Below, in pieces: positions 38,110 to 47,589 of a stretch of DNA of 64,000 bases. The notes under the pieces were generated by a model, which saw only the letters and a program-made list of their open reading frames with translations, made no database searches and was not told where the DNA came from. The position numbers were made by a program, and so were the translations under genes. Positions within the stretch are counted from its first letter, which is position 1, and every line of letters starts with the position of its first letter. The stretch is from Thermoproteota archaeon (lineage in GTDB: Archaea; Korarchaeota; Korarchaeia; Korarchaeales; Korarchaeaceae). Location of the stretch: NCBI GenBank assembly GCA_015522685.1, contig WALU01000032.1:1-64000 (forward strand), read 5' to 3'.

Positions 38110-39195
38110 TTAATCAGATACTTGAAACCTAAGCCTAGCAGCAATACCTCCTAGTGAAGCTAGTTTTTCCCCAGGTTCGCTCTCCGTGTCTATTATATGA
38201 AACTTAGCTCTAATCCTCTCGCATTTCTCCAGAAGTCGGAGAGTTTCCTCCCTAGTTTTTGGATTAAAGAGGAGAGAACTAACTACCAAGACCTCCTCTA
38301 CAGCACCATATCCTACAGCCTTTCTCACCTCACCAAATCCATAAGTGACTAACCTAGAATTTTTAGCTAGCAACTCAAAAATTTTCTCTACGGATTCCAT
38401 GTCATGAGATAAAGTAAACTCTTTCGTCACTTTCTCCACATCTCCTCTTTTTATCATTTCCAATATACCAGAAAATGTTGAACTGCTTGCTCTTCCCAGT
38501 CGCATCTTCTCTGAGATCTTGGGCTTTTTTTCTCTAATATAAGAGAGAAACTTATCTTTAATGTATCCAGGTCCTCCAATTATTATAGCCTCAGGATTAA
38601 TCCTAGAGTTTAATTCATCGACTAAGTTAGATAGATCATTATAATATCTTCTTTCAGAATCCTCCCTCCTCCTCACGTCATCTCTCTTGGGTGGAAGATT
38701 GGATCTAACATAAGCAATTTCTTTCGCTCTGTAAGCGTCCAATTTCGCTACTGTAGCACCTTCATCATCCATCGCTACTAGGAGGATACTCCCTTTTTTT
38801 GAGTATTCCCTAGCTCTCTTCAGGATATCTAGATGAAGTTTGTTCCAATTTCTCTTCTCAATTTTTATTATTGAGCCCTCCATGACGTTGAGAGTATGAT
38901 GCTGGCCTTGAATTCCAAATCTATCTGGTCCTATTCTTACAATACCGGTCACTCTGAGCCTCTCAGAATACTGATCTATCTTTATCTTCTCTACCTCCAG
39001 TGTTAAGGTCATTGTAATTCTCTCTCCACTATCAGCCCTAATGCCTTCTTGCTTGATCCTTCGAGTAGTTCTCATTGTTACTAGGTCTCCAGGCTCCAAA
39101 ATAGATAGAAGCCAATATAGATCATCTAAATTACCTACCTTAAGCTTAATAAATCCCTTTTTCAGATTTTGCTCCAAAATCTTCAACAGGAGCAC
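38110..39195 (-). CDS. pelA: mRNA surveillance protein Pelota (Dom34)
   Basis: DDLYWL..I..GDLV, HHTL, GGPG, VTYG and GGIAA.LRF motifs. Start is probably TTG at 39186. Confidence 0.92.
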   Translation of the reverse strand: MLLLKILEQNLKKGFIKLKVGNLDDLYWLLSILEPGDLVTMRTTRRIKQEGIRADSGERITMTLTLEVEKIKIDQYSERLRVTGIVRIGPDRFGIQGQHHTLNVMEGSIIKIEKRNWNKLHLDILKRAREYSKKGSILLVAMDDEGATVAKLDAYRAKEIAYVRSNLPPKRDDVRRREDSERRYYNDLSNLVDELNSRINPEAIIIGGPGYIKDKFLSYIREKKPKISEKMRLGRASSSTFSGILEMIKRGDVEKVTKEFTLSHDMESVEKIFELLAKNSRLVTYGFGEVRKAVGYGAVEEVLVVSSLLFNPKTREETLRLLEKCERIRAKFHIIDTESEPGEKLASLGGIAARLRFQVSD

Positions 39196-40407
39196 CTACT
39201 GAACAGTATAGATCGCTATTCCAGTGGGCCTTCTAACTATATTCTTAGCGAGACCTCCAACTATCGCCCTTACCCCGACCTCATAGGACTTATCCACAAT
39301 CCTTTGCGTTATTATCCTATCATAAACTATATATCTAACTTCCTTTAGGCTATTAAGCTCATCAAGTAAATCACCTACTAAGATTTCCTTAATTATGTGG
39401 AGATTGTCATCAATCAAAAGCACCTTATCCGTACCTTTAATCTTGGAGTAGTGCTCCCTAAACATCTCTGGTATTCTAGCGAGTCTCTCATCTCCCTCTG
39501 CTATCTTCTTTTGGGTGGTAATGACCGGTGCCTCTTCTTTAGGAGGAGAGATTCCTAATTCTCTTCTAACATCATCTACTGGAACGGCTGAGGATAGTGT
39601 TCTCCTTACCTCCTTAGCTGTCATTTCTTCTACAACCTTACCCTCAGGAGCTCTAGCTACGTAATCTATATCTGTTTGTTCGAGTAGTGTCCTCAAAACC
39701 ATTTCTCCGCCTCTATCCCCATCAACGAAAGCAATTGCTTCCTTCTCTGAGATGAGCTTAATTAAAGATTTAGGAACTTTTTCTACCGCTCCTCCCATGG
39801 CTATGACGTTATCGTACCCATACTTTAGGAGGTTCATTACATCCGCTCTTCCCTCGACGACTATTATCTCTTCAGCATCCTCTACTCCTCTTGCAGCAGG
39901 CAGTTCCTCACCTCCATAGAGTATAAAATTAGACTTGGCGCTTTCTCTTTGGACAAATTCTATTAACTTTCTAAAGTTATCCTCCCTCTCTACGGACCAT
40001 TTCCTTAAAATTTCAGCAGCTCTCTTTGCCACATCATTTCTCCTTTCTTCCCTATCATCTAATATCCTCATAAGTCTGAATTTAGCTGGATAAGGACCAA
40101 CCTTATCTACTGTCTCCATAGCTGCCGCTAATAATGCTGTTCTAACTTTATCAAGACCTGAATAAAGTTCTACAATTCCTCTTGATCTATCACCTTCTCT
40201 CCTCATCCTAATGTTTATTCTCCCGATTTTACCCGTTCTCTGGAGTTCCTTAAGCTCTAATTCTGGACCTAAGAGCCCTTCTAGCTGACCGAAGATGGCA
40301 CCTATTACATCGCTTGTTTCGACTATACCATTAACTAGAACCTCCAATTTGGCTATATATTTATGATGAAAACTATCCTTTCTCAAATTATCAGCCAAAT
40401 TAATCAT
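39196..40407 (-). CDS. dnaG: archaeal DnaG (primase-like, exosome-associated)
   Basis: DVIGAIFGQLEGLLG, LQRTGKIGRI, VVEGRADV and DGDRGG TOPRIM motifs. Start may be TTG at 40398. Confidence 0.94.
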   Translation of the reverse strand: MINLADNLRKDSFHHKYIAKLEVLVNGIVETSDVIGAIFGQLEGLLGPELELKELQRTGKIGRINIRMRREGDRSRGIVELYSGLDKVRTALLAAAMETVDKVGPYPAKFRLMRILDDREERRNDVAKRAAEILRKWSVEREDNFRKLIEFVQRESAKSNFILYGGEELPAARGVEDAEEIIVVEGRADVMNLLKYGYDNVIAMGGAVEKVPKSLIKLISEKEAIAFVDGDRGGEMVLRTLLEQTDIDYVARAPEGKVVEEMTAKEVRRTLSSAVPVDDVRRELGISPPKEEAPVITTQKKIAEGDERLARIPEMFREHYSKIKGTDKVLLIDDNLHIIKEILVGDLLDELNSLKEVRYIVYDRIITQRIVDKSYEVGVRAIVGGLAKNIVRRPTGIAIYTVQ

Positions 40408-40422
40408 CCTCCCATTAGATAA

Positions 40423-40508
40423 TGTCCACCTGCCAACTAATCCCCACAGGTCATCGATCAGCCCACGCTTTCCTCCCTACCTGCGGGGTCATTCGGTGAC
40501 AGGTGGCC
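40423..40508 (-). ncRNA. structured RNA upstream of dnaG (H/ACA-like guide or 5' leader)
   Basis: Two 10-bp stems, CCACCUGUCA/UGGCAGGUGG and CCCCGCAGGU/ACCUGUGGGG, are fully paired only on the minus strand (G-U pairs). They flank an 8/6-nt internal loop and are followed immediately by ACA. Confidence 0.65.
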
Positions 40509-40527
40509 ATTATACGACACTTGCCGC

Positions 40528-40543
40528 AAATATAATCTCTTCG
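40528..40543 (-). promoter_or_regulatory. BRE/TATA promoter for the structured RNA and dnaG
   Basis: GAAGAGA-TTATATTT about 20-27 nt upstream of the hairpin's 5' end. Confidence 0.5.
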
Positions 40544-40699
40544 GTTCATCCATGTCATCCTCAAAGTCCCTCTAATTAGCTAATTAGAGGAAAAGAGTTC
40601 ACTAGCTGTTCTCTAGAGAATGAACTAGCCAGTTTCTAGCTTACTGCTTATGTATCTAAAGATTTAAAATAGGAAGCTATCTTGCTACATAGATCTACA

Positions 40700-40903
40700 A
40701 TGGGAACTGTCAGAGAGAAGATAATAAAGAGAACGGCCTATAAGCTAGTGAAAAGTTATCCTGATCTATGGACTGAAGATTTCGAATATAATAAGGGAGT
40801 GCTGTCTCAAATAGCTGAAATAAAATCAAAGGTATATAGAAACAGAATAGCTGGATATATAACACGGCTGAAGGTGCGAGAAAGAGAAGGGACCTTAGTA
40901 TGA
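40700..40903 (+). CDS. rps17e: 30S ribosomal protein S17e
   Basis: MGTVR..IIKR, DFEYNK and SKVYRNRIAGYITR motifs. Confidence 0.93.
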   Translation: MGTVREKIIKRTAYKLVKSYPDLWTEDFEYNKGVLSQIAEIKSKVYRNRIAGYITRLKVREREGTLV

Positions 40904-40997
40904 ACTCTCTAGTGCTTTTTAAATTCTATTTCAATAAATTTCGATCTTTTCAATACTACTATTTTTAGAAGTTTATCGCTATATTGAACAGGTAAAA

Positions 40998-42380
40998 ATG
41001 AGGAGGGTCCTAGTCGAAGACCTAGAAGCGATCATCAGATCAAGAGAGGCTAAAGTTTCCGTCGTCGGGCAAGGATATATAGGGTTACCGACATCCCTAC
41101 TTATAGCAAAAGCGGGTTTTTCGGTGTATGGTTACGATATTAATCAGAGCTTGGTAAGGAATCTCTCAATTGGGAAAACTAAACTTACTAAGGAGAGAGG
41201 GATAAAGAATCTAATCAGTGAGCTAAAAGGCAAAAATTACATACCAACAAGTAACCTCGAAGATCTTCTTGGATCGGATGTTGTAATAATAGCGGTCCCA
41301 ACTCCTAAAAGTAGAGAAAGACCTGACATAAGCATGGTATTGGAGGCTTTAAAAAGTGCTTTAGAATCTATAAGAGCTGGCGGACTTATAATAATAGAGA
41401 GTACCCTTCCACCTAGGACATTTTACGATGTAGTAATCTCTAGAGTAGAGGAACATGGTTTCAGAGTAGGCCGAGATATTTTCCTAGCCTACTGCCCGGA
41501 AAGAGCGCTTCCAGGGAATCTCCTTCACGAGCTAGTTAATAATTTCAGAGTAATCGGCGCAGCTGATGAACGTTCAGGTCGGCTAGCTAGACTCCTCTAT
41601 AGCTCATTTGTTAAGGCAGATATAGAGATAGTCGATCCACTTACAGCTGAAATGGTTAAACTGGTTGAGAATTCTTATAGGGATGTGAATATAGCATTCG
41701 CTAATGAGGTAGTGAGAATATGCGAAGTCCTAGGTCTTGATGTAAGAGAAGTGAGGAGATTGGCTAATAAGCATCCAAGAGTTCACATGCTAGTTCCAGG
41801 GATAGGCGTTGGAGGAAGCTGCCTAACAAAAGATCCTCTATTTCTCTTCTGGATATCGAAGGAAAATGGTTATTCACCGGATTTGATAAAAAATGCTAGA
41901 GATCTAAACTCTGAAATGCCCTATCACTACGCTAGGATCCTAGATGACGTAATTAGGAGAATAACTGACAGAAGTACAGGTATTATAGCAGTTTTGGGAG
42001 CAACTTATAAAGGAGGTGTTCCTGATCCTAGAGAATCACCAGTAGAGCCCTTTGTTAAAGAACTTATAAAGAGAGGGCACACTGTAAAGGTCTATGATCC
42101 TCTAGTTAGATCTTCTTTCGGAGGTATCTATGTTTCGAACATGATGGAAGCCGTTAAGGATTCGGATGCTATAGCTTTTGTTACGGATCATAGTGAATTC
42201 AAGTTCATCGATCTAAATAAGCTAAGAAAATCTACTGATAAAAAGCAGGTTGTTCTTTTTGATGGAAGATTATTATTTGATCCATCTGAGGCAGAAAAAG
42301 CTGGATTTATTTACATATCCGTTGGCAGGTCTCTTAGAAGATTAGAGGAAAGAATGATAAAATTAAATCACCATTCATGA
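40998..42380 (+). CDS. nucleotide sugar dehydrogenase (WecC/WbpA-like)
   Basis: GQGYIGLP, AVPTP, CPER, KLVENSYRDVNIAFANE and GVGGSCL.KDP motifs. Confidence 0.9.
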   Translation: MRRVLVEDLEAIIRSREAKVSVVGQGYIGLPTSLLIAKAGFSVYGYDINQSLVRNLSIGKTKLTKERGIKNLISELKGKNYIPTSNLEDLLGSDVVIIAVPTPKSRERPDISMVLEALKSALESIRAGGLIIIESTLPPRTFYDVVISRVEEHGFRVGRDIFLAYCPERALPGNLLHELVNNFRVIGAADERSGRLARLLYSSFVKADIEIVDPLTAEMVKLVENSYRDVNIAFANEVVRICEVLGLDVREVRRLANKHPRVHMLVPGIGVGGSCLTKDPLFLFWISKENGYSPDLIKNARDLNSEMPYHYARILDDVIRRITDRSTGIIAVLGATYKGGVPDPRESPVEPFVKELIKRGHTVKVYDPLVRSSFGGIYVSNMMEAVKDSDAIAFVTDHSEFKFIDLNKLRKSTDKKQVVLFDGRLLFDPSEAEKAGFIYISVGRSLRRLEERMIKLNHHS

Positions 42381-43457
42381 TATATGATTAACTAAAAAGC
42401 TAGGAAATGATATTATCTTCATCCCTTTATACTTATTTTTCCCCTCTAATACTTTAGATATCATGGAATAGCATGCAGGTTCTTCTATCATAAAATAGTC
42501 TGCGTCTGAATCGCTTGCTATCTCCGATATCTTCTTAAACCACTCATCGAACTTCTCTGGTTCAGATTGATAGATGAGAGTTGCCCCACAATCACAGCAG
42601 ATCCAATTAGGAGTATCGATCACAACAGCATTTTTTATTCTCTCTAATATTCTCCTTGCCGCACCATTTGAGTGGCACGATCTTATTAAAAAGATCTTGT
42701 TCTTTTTTCTCTTCATGCTCTTAGTTTTTATTTTATTTGACTCTAATGCCTCATCCACGAAGGATGAGAAATATTTCATCTCAAGATCTGGAAATAGACT
42801 GGCGCATAGAGAACAACCTGATACAACTACCTTAGGAGAGAGTTCTTTAATGAACTTTAATAGATTCTCCTTAGATTCCTCTGCACTATCTCTTTCTCCT
42901 ATTACATATAAGAGTCCTCCACAGCATGGTTCGTTTGGGCCAGCGGGAGCGACATTTGGAGCTATCTTCTGCAGGATTTTGCTCATATTGATAGCTACAT
43001 CCGGGGCTGTATGAACCCAACATCCAGCAAAGAAAAGAATATCTGCGTTTTTCTCCGGTTGGAAATCAGGAGGTAGCCAAACTCCCTTGGTTAGCCCCTC
43101 CCCTATAGGGCTTCCAGTTCTCCTTCTAGCATCTCTCATATCCACAGTTACCAAGGGCACATATCCTATATCTACCAGAGAAGACCGAGATTTTACTATA
43201 ATATCAAATACATCAATTCCTACTGGACAAAGATCCATGCAAAGGCCACAATTAATACATGTAAATATGTATCCAAGGAATTCCTCTGTCAAATCTATCT
43301 TATTATTTCCTAGCATGGATATGAGCTTTATCCTCGCTCTGGCTCCCTCAGTTTCTTTAAAATCACTTACATGAAACATGGGACAGGAAATATTGCATGC
43401 TCCGCATCCTATACAACGGCTTAGTTCCTTCATTAAGCTACGGCTGAATTTAACCAC
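42375..43457 (-). CDS. (Fe-S)-binding protein with CCG domains (GlcF/HdrD-like)
   Basis: CIGCGACNISCP, CINCGLCMDLCP, FFAGC and EPCCG motifs. Confidence 0.85.
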   Translation of the reverse strand: MVKFSRSLMKELSRCIGCGACNISCPMFHVSDFKETEGARARIKLISMLGNNKIDLTEEFLGYIFTCINCGLCMDLCPVGIDVFDIIVKSRSSLVDIGYVPLVTVDMRDARRRTGSPIGEGLTKGVWLPPDFQPEKNADILFFAGCWVHTAPDVAINMSKILQKIAPNVAPAGPNEPCCGGLLYVIGERDSAEESKENLLKFIKELSPKVVVSGCSLCASLFPDLEMKYFSSFVDEALESNKIKTKSMKRKKNKIFLIRSCHSNGAARRILERIKNAVVIDTPNWICCDCGATLIYQSEPEKFDEWFKKISEIASDSDADYFMIEEPACYSMISKVLEGKNKYKGMKIISFPSFLVNHIS

Positions 43458-43463
43458 CCACTT

Positions 43464-44801
43464 TCACCTCTCGATCAACTTTCCAGGGTTCATTATCCAG
43501 TTCGGATCGAGTGCCTCCTTAACACTGGAAAAGATAGATACAAATCCCTCATCCATATCAGAAGTTATCTTAGTAATGCCTGCTCCTATACCAAAACCTA
43601 TAGAACCGCCTAAAGCTATAGTCCTATCTATCACATTAAATATAGCTTTCTCTGTTCTTTTAACCTCTTTCTCATCTGTTGGATCATAAAGAAAGATTGC
43701 CATTACCCATCCTAATAACGGGTTAAATACTGTAACTACAGGGAGTTTAAGTCTAGATCCAGTCCTATCTATCTCTTGAATGGCATCTCTAGTAAGATGA
43801 GTATGTACTAATAAGCTTATGACTCTCATAGCCGATTTTCTCCTTTTTGCAAGCTCGTAAATGCTTTTTCTTCTCTCCCATATACTATCTGCCTCTTCTG
43901 TGTCTATTTCCTCGAAAGGTATATCCATCTCCTTAAAGATGGACCTGAGCTTGGAACTCCATACATCGGCACATTCCTTTGTTCCAGATACTTCCAAAAA
44001 AGAGACAGCCTCGGCACCCTTCTCACCAATTAGCTCTTTATAGTTATGATATGCTTCAAAACCGGCTATGGATATGTTTGCTCTCTTAATGGCCGTTTGT
44101 ATAGACACAGCATCGGATATATCGATCATCTCTATCTTATAGGCGATTCTGCTCTCCGGCCTCAAAGGAAGCCTTAAAAGAGCGGACGTAAATATTCCCA
44201 AAGTTCCCTCGGATCCTATAAGCAGGTTGAGTATATTCCTCTTGCTAGGGGGACCAGGTTGTTCTACTAAAAGAGTTTCTCCTGTAGGCAGGACTACCTC
44301 AACTCCCAAAACCATCGCTGCCGTCGTACCATACTTAACAGAAAGAGGAGATGCCGCATCCTCTGCTATAAGGCCCCCAACTGTAGAAAATCCCATACCA
44401 TCTGGGTTTATTGGCATAAACCTATTGGATAAGACTTTGTTAAGGTCCAATAATCTTAGGCCAGCTTCTACCCTAACAAGCCCAGTATACTCATCTTTCT
44501 CAAGGATCTTGTTCATCATCTGCATATCTACTACTATACTACCTTCGATGGGAAGGGGACCTCCAACCAAAGAAGTACCTGAGCCTCTAGGTACTAAAGG
44601 CACGCCATATTTATTCGCCACTTCAATGATGAAGGATATATCCTCTAGCTCAACTGGTCGGACTACTGCTGAGGGGATGTATTGCATTCCAGATGCATCA
44701 TAAGAATATGCTGATCTATCTAGATCCTCAATTAGAACATATCTTTCACCCAATTGAGAGGCAATTTCTTCTACAGCTTTAATAGCAGGTTCTTCAGCCA
44801 T
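43464..44801 (-). CDS. FAD-binding oxidoreductase (GlcD/D-lactate dehydrogenase family)
   Basis: PRGSGTSLVGG, STVGG, GSEGTLG and LDPNWIMNPGK motifs. The ATG at 44801 avoids overlap with gcvT. Confidence 0.87.
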   Translation of the reverse strand: MAEEPAIKAVEEIASQLGERYVLIEDLDRSAYSYDASGMQYIPSAVVRPVELEDISFIIEVANKYGVPLVPRGSGTSLVGGPLPIEGSIVVDMQMMNKILEKDEYTGLVRVEAGLRLLDLNKVLSNRFMPINPDGMGFSTVGGLIAEDAASPLSVKYGTTAAMVLGVEVVLPTGETLLVEQPGPPSKRNILNLLIGSEGTLGIFTSALLRLPLRPESRIAYKIEMIDISDAVSIQTAIKRANISIAGFEAYHNYKELIGEKGAEAVSFLEVSGTKECADVWSSKLRSIFKEMDIPFEEIDTEEADSIWERRKSIYELAKRRKSAMRVISLLVHTHLTRDAIQEIDRTGSRLKLPVVTVFNPLLGWVMAIFLYDPTDEKEVKRTEKAIFNVIDRTIALGGSIGFGIGAGITKITSDMDEGFVSIFSSVKEALDPNWIMNPGKLIER

Positions 44802-44871
44802 GTTTAACCCTAAGATCAGAATAGATCTAGAAAATGTAATAACTTTTCCTTGAGAGATTTTATGGTGAGCG

Positions 44872-45981
44872 GTGATGCTTAGGCTATTACTCGAGAATCT
44901 CCACGCTAAGTTAGGTGCGAAGTTTTTCAAATTCGCTGGATGGAACATGCCAATGAAGTACACAAATTCGCTGAAGGAGACCCTTGCTGTGCGAAATTAT
45001 GCCGGGGTGTTTGATATATCTCATATGGGTCGATTCATCCTAGAGGGACCTAATGTAATAGAGTTCCTTCAGAGAGCAACGTCTAATAATATAAAAATTT
45101 CAAATGGTAAGACTAGATATACACTAACTCTGAACGAGAATGGTGGCATAAAAGATGATAATGTAATGTTTAAGCTCTCAGATGATAAAGTATTATTCAT
45201 TGTCAATGCGTCTAATAGAGAGAAAATATGGAATTGGTTTCAGAATCTCCTCTCACAATGGAATCTGAATGTTAAAATTAGTGATGAAACTCTAAAAACG
45301 GTTATGATAGCTATTCAGGGTCCAAAGGCTAAAAAACTTACTCATGAAGTGTTAGGCATAACATACAATCTCCGAAAATTTAGGGTAGTAAAAAGTAGAC
45401 AGAATGGAGTCGATTATGTTCTAAGTACGACGGGATATACAGGAGAAGATGGGTATGAGATAGTGACCTGGGATATAAAATGGGCAGAGAGGATACTAAA
45501 TTCTTTGATTGAAAAAGGGACTGTTCCTTGTGGCTTGGTAGCTAGAGACATTCTCAGGCTTGAAGCCGGACTTGTCCTCTATGGGAACGATATAGAAGAG
45601 GACATAAACCCATTCGAAGCTAAACTAGACTTCGCGGTCAATCTGTCTAAGGAATACTTCGTAGGTAAAGAGGCTCTAGAAAAAGTGAAACAGAAAGGTA
45701 TTTCAAGGATAAGAGTTGGATTTTTGAGCAAAACGAGAAATTCTCCTAGGAAGGGTGATACTATATATAAAAACGGCAGTCAAGTAGGGATGATCACTAG
45801 CGGAACGTTCAGTCCTACAATAGGCAAAGGGATCGGAATAGGATATATTTCACCGGATTTAGCAGGAATAGACAAGGAATTAACCGTAAAAGGTGTAAAA
45901 GAGCTGAAAGTAAGGATATGCAAACTGCCCTTCTACAATGAAAGTATGTTTGGATGGAGAAGAAAAACGAGAGCTACCTGA
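44872..45981 (+). CDS. gcvT: glycine cleavage system aminomethyltransferase T
   Basis: FAGWNMP, FDISHMG, TGYTGEDGYE and RDILRLEAG motifs. Confidence 0.93.
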   Translation: MMLRLLLENLHAKLGAKFFKFAGWNMPMKYTNSLKETLAVRNYAGVFDISHMGRFILEGPNVIEFLQRATSNNIKISNGKTRYTLTLNENGGIKDDNVMFKLSDDKVLFIVNASNREKIWNWFQNLLSQWNLNVKISDETLKTVMIAIQGPKAKKLTHEVLGITYNLRKFRVVKSRQNGVDYVLSTTGYTGEDGYEIVTWDIKWAERILNSLIEKGTVPCGLVARDILRLEAGLVLYGNDIEEDINPFEAKLDFAVNLSKEYFVGKEALEKVKQKGISRIRVGFLSKTRNSPRKGDTIYKNGSQVGMITSGTFSPTIGKGIGIGYISPDLAGIDKELTVKGVKELKVRICKLPFYNESMFGWRRKTRAT

Positions 45982-46306
45982 CCTTACCTAACACCACATG
46001 ACTTACGGTTTTAGCGAGCCTTCTCGTTTCAACTATTTTTACAAGATCTCCCTCACTAACCTCCATACATGGAGGAAGATGTGCATGGATTTTGCTTCTT
46101 CTTTTCTCATATCTCTTGTATTTCGGTTTATACTGAAGGTATTCTACTAAAACGGTTATGGTGCCAGTCATCTTCATGCTTAATACTCTTCCTACGGTAG
46201 CCTTCCCTCTAATAGAGATTGATCCATGCCATGGACATCTATCATCATTGCATTCTCTCTCAGGAGGAACTACATCTCTGATTAGACTTTCAGGTAGCCT
46301 TTTCAT
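45974..46306 (-). CDS. rps17p: 30S ribosomal protein S17 (uS17)
   Basis: C.D..CPWHG, KYKRYEKRRSKIHAH and ETRRLAKT motifs. Confidence 0.94.
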   Translation of the reverse strand: MKRLPESLIRDVVPPERECNDDRCPWHGSISIRGKATVGRVLSMKMTGTITVLVEYLQYKPKYKRYEKRRSKIHAHLPPCMEVSEGDLVKIVETRRLAKTVSHVVLGKVR

Positions 46307-46575
46307 GCTCTCTTCACCCTCTCCTCAGGCCTTCCTATCAATTTATCACCTATTATGGTAACTTCCCTATCGTCCGGGAGTCTAAATAAAAATATCCTCT
46401 TCTCTTTAGATATCATGGAATCATGCTCCTTGGTCCTTATTATAAGCGTGTTCTTCGTTTCGTAAATAACTTGGCCCTCAATACTCATCTCTCTTAAATT
46501 AGGTGTCAATAACAACATCACCTCTAAGCCTATTAATTCATGATAGAGAATATTGGATGGCTTTATTGGCGCTAT
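46303..46575 (-). CDS. rnp1: ribonuclease P protein component 1 (Rpp29/Pop4), apparent ATA start
   Basis: GQVIYETKNT and LIGRPEERVK motifs. The conserved N-terminal NILYHELIGLEV lies upstream of the first canonical start (46521), and the frame is closed by a TAA just before GTT ATA. Confidence 0.88.
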   Translation of the reverse strand: MAPIKPSNILYHELIGLEVMLLLTPNLREMSIEGQVIYETKNTLIIRTKEHDSMISKEKRIFLFRLPDDREVTIIGDKLIGRPEERVKRA

Positions 46576-46775
46576 AACTTAATCCCTCTTTCTCTGAGAA
46601 TTGTTAGTATTCTAGCCTTCTCTTTTCTCAAGGATCTGCTTAAGTGTATCTTCTCAGCTGCGCCCAGCAGTCTCTTAGCCTCCATTAAAAAATACTCTTT
46701 TTCAACATCCCTTAATCTCTCAAATAGCTCTTCATTAGTCATTCCTCTCAATTCTTCAACTTCCCTTGGTGACAT
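46572..46775 (-). CDS. rpl29: 50S ribosomal protein L29
   Basis: ELRGMTNEEL and LRKEKARILTILRE motifs; position after S3; GGAGGTGG SD. Confidence 0.9.
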   Translation of the reverse strand: MSPREVEELRGMTNEELFERLRDVEKEYFLMEAKRLLGAAEKIHLSRSLRKEKARILTILRERGIKL

Positions 46776-47589
46776 TGCCATCCACCTCCTCAGAAGGTTT
46801 ATCTTCTCCCTTCTCATTATCCTTATTTAGGCTTTCTTGCTCCTCAGCTTGACCAGTTTCTTCCTTGATAGCAGGTTCTATGGCCTCTACAAGCTCCTCA
46901 GGAACCTCCACACTAACCTCTGGCGTAGTTAACTTCTCCCTTTCCTCACTGAGCTTCTGTTTAACCTCCTCTATTAGCTTCTCATTTATCCTTATTTCAT
47001 CAGCTCTCTCTACATCAGGTCTTACTATTCTAACTTTCACTCCTATAATACCTTGAGGCATGAGTATGTGCTTTACGATATAATCAACCTTCTCTATCTG
47101 ATCCTGTCCACACCTGTAAATGACTCCCGCTCTAAATCTCTCTTCTCTCGCTCTTTGGCTACCGAACTTACCAGATAGTCTTATCTCTACTCCCTTAGCT
47201 CCAGCCATCATGACACGCCTAAGAGTGGAAAAAGCTACCCTTTTATACCTCTCTCCTCTAGCTATCCTCCTAGCTATATAACTAGCAACTATTCTTGCAC
47301 TTAAGAATGGCTCCTCTACCTTTTTAGCCTGAATGTAAGGATTAGAAATACCTAAATTTTCTTTTATCATCTCGCCTATCTTCTTAGAAGTTCTTCCTCC
47401 TCTTCCTATTATTATACCTGGTCTCTCCACGTAAACGGTTATTATATCCCTCACAGGAGTAGAGGATACATTGACCCCATGAAAGCCTGCCTTTTCGGCT
47501 ACTCTCTCCATGAGTTCATGGAGAGAATAACGGACAATGCCTTCTTGGACTACCTTCTTATAACTAGGCTGAGTTTTCATACTACTCAT
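46756..47589 (-). CDS. rps3: 30S ribosomal protein S3 with acidic C-terminal tail
   Basis: KH domain RPGIIIGRGG, AGAKGVEIRLSGK and GIIGVKVRI motifs. Confidence 0.95.
   Translation of the reverse strand: MSSMKTQPSYKKVVQEGIVRYSLHELMERVAEKAGFHGVNVSSTPVRDIITVYVERPGIIIGRGGRTSKKIGEMIKENLGISNPYIQAKKVEEPFLSARIVASYIARRIARGERYKRVAFSTLRRVMMAGAKGVEIRLSGKFGSQRAREERFRAGVIYRCGQDQIEKVDYIVKHILMPQGIIGVKVRIVRPDVERADEIRINEKLIEEVKQKLSEEREKLTTPEVSVEVPEELVEAIEPAIKEETGQAEEQESLNKDNEKGEDKPSEEVDGNVTKGS

Noticed and set aside
40606-40625. Palindrome TTCTCTAGAGAA upstream of rps17e
   Set aside because: CTAG/TCTAGA words are very frequent in this genome, so it is likely chance.
44802-44963. N-terminal extension of the FAD oxidoreductase ORF
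   Set aside because: It overlaps divergent gcvT; ATG 44801 gives a normal-length protein.
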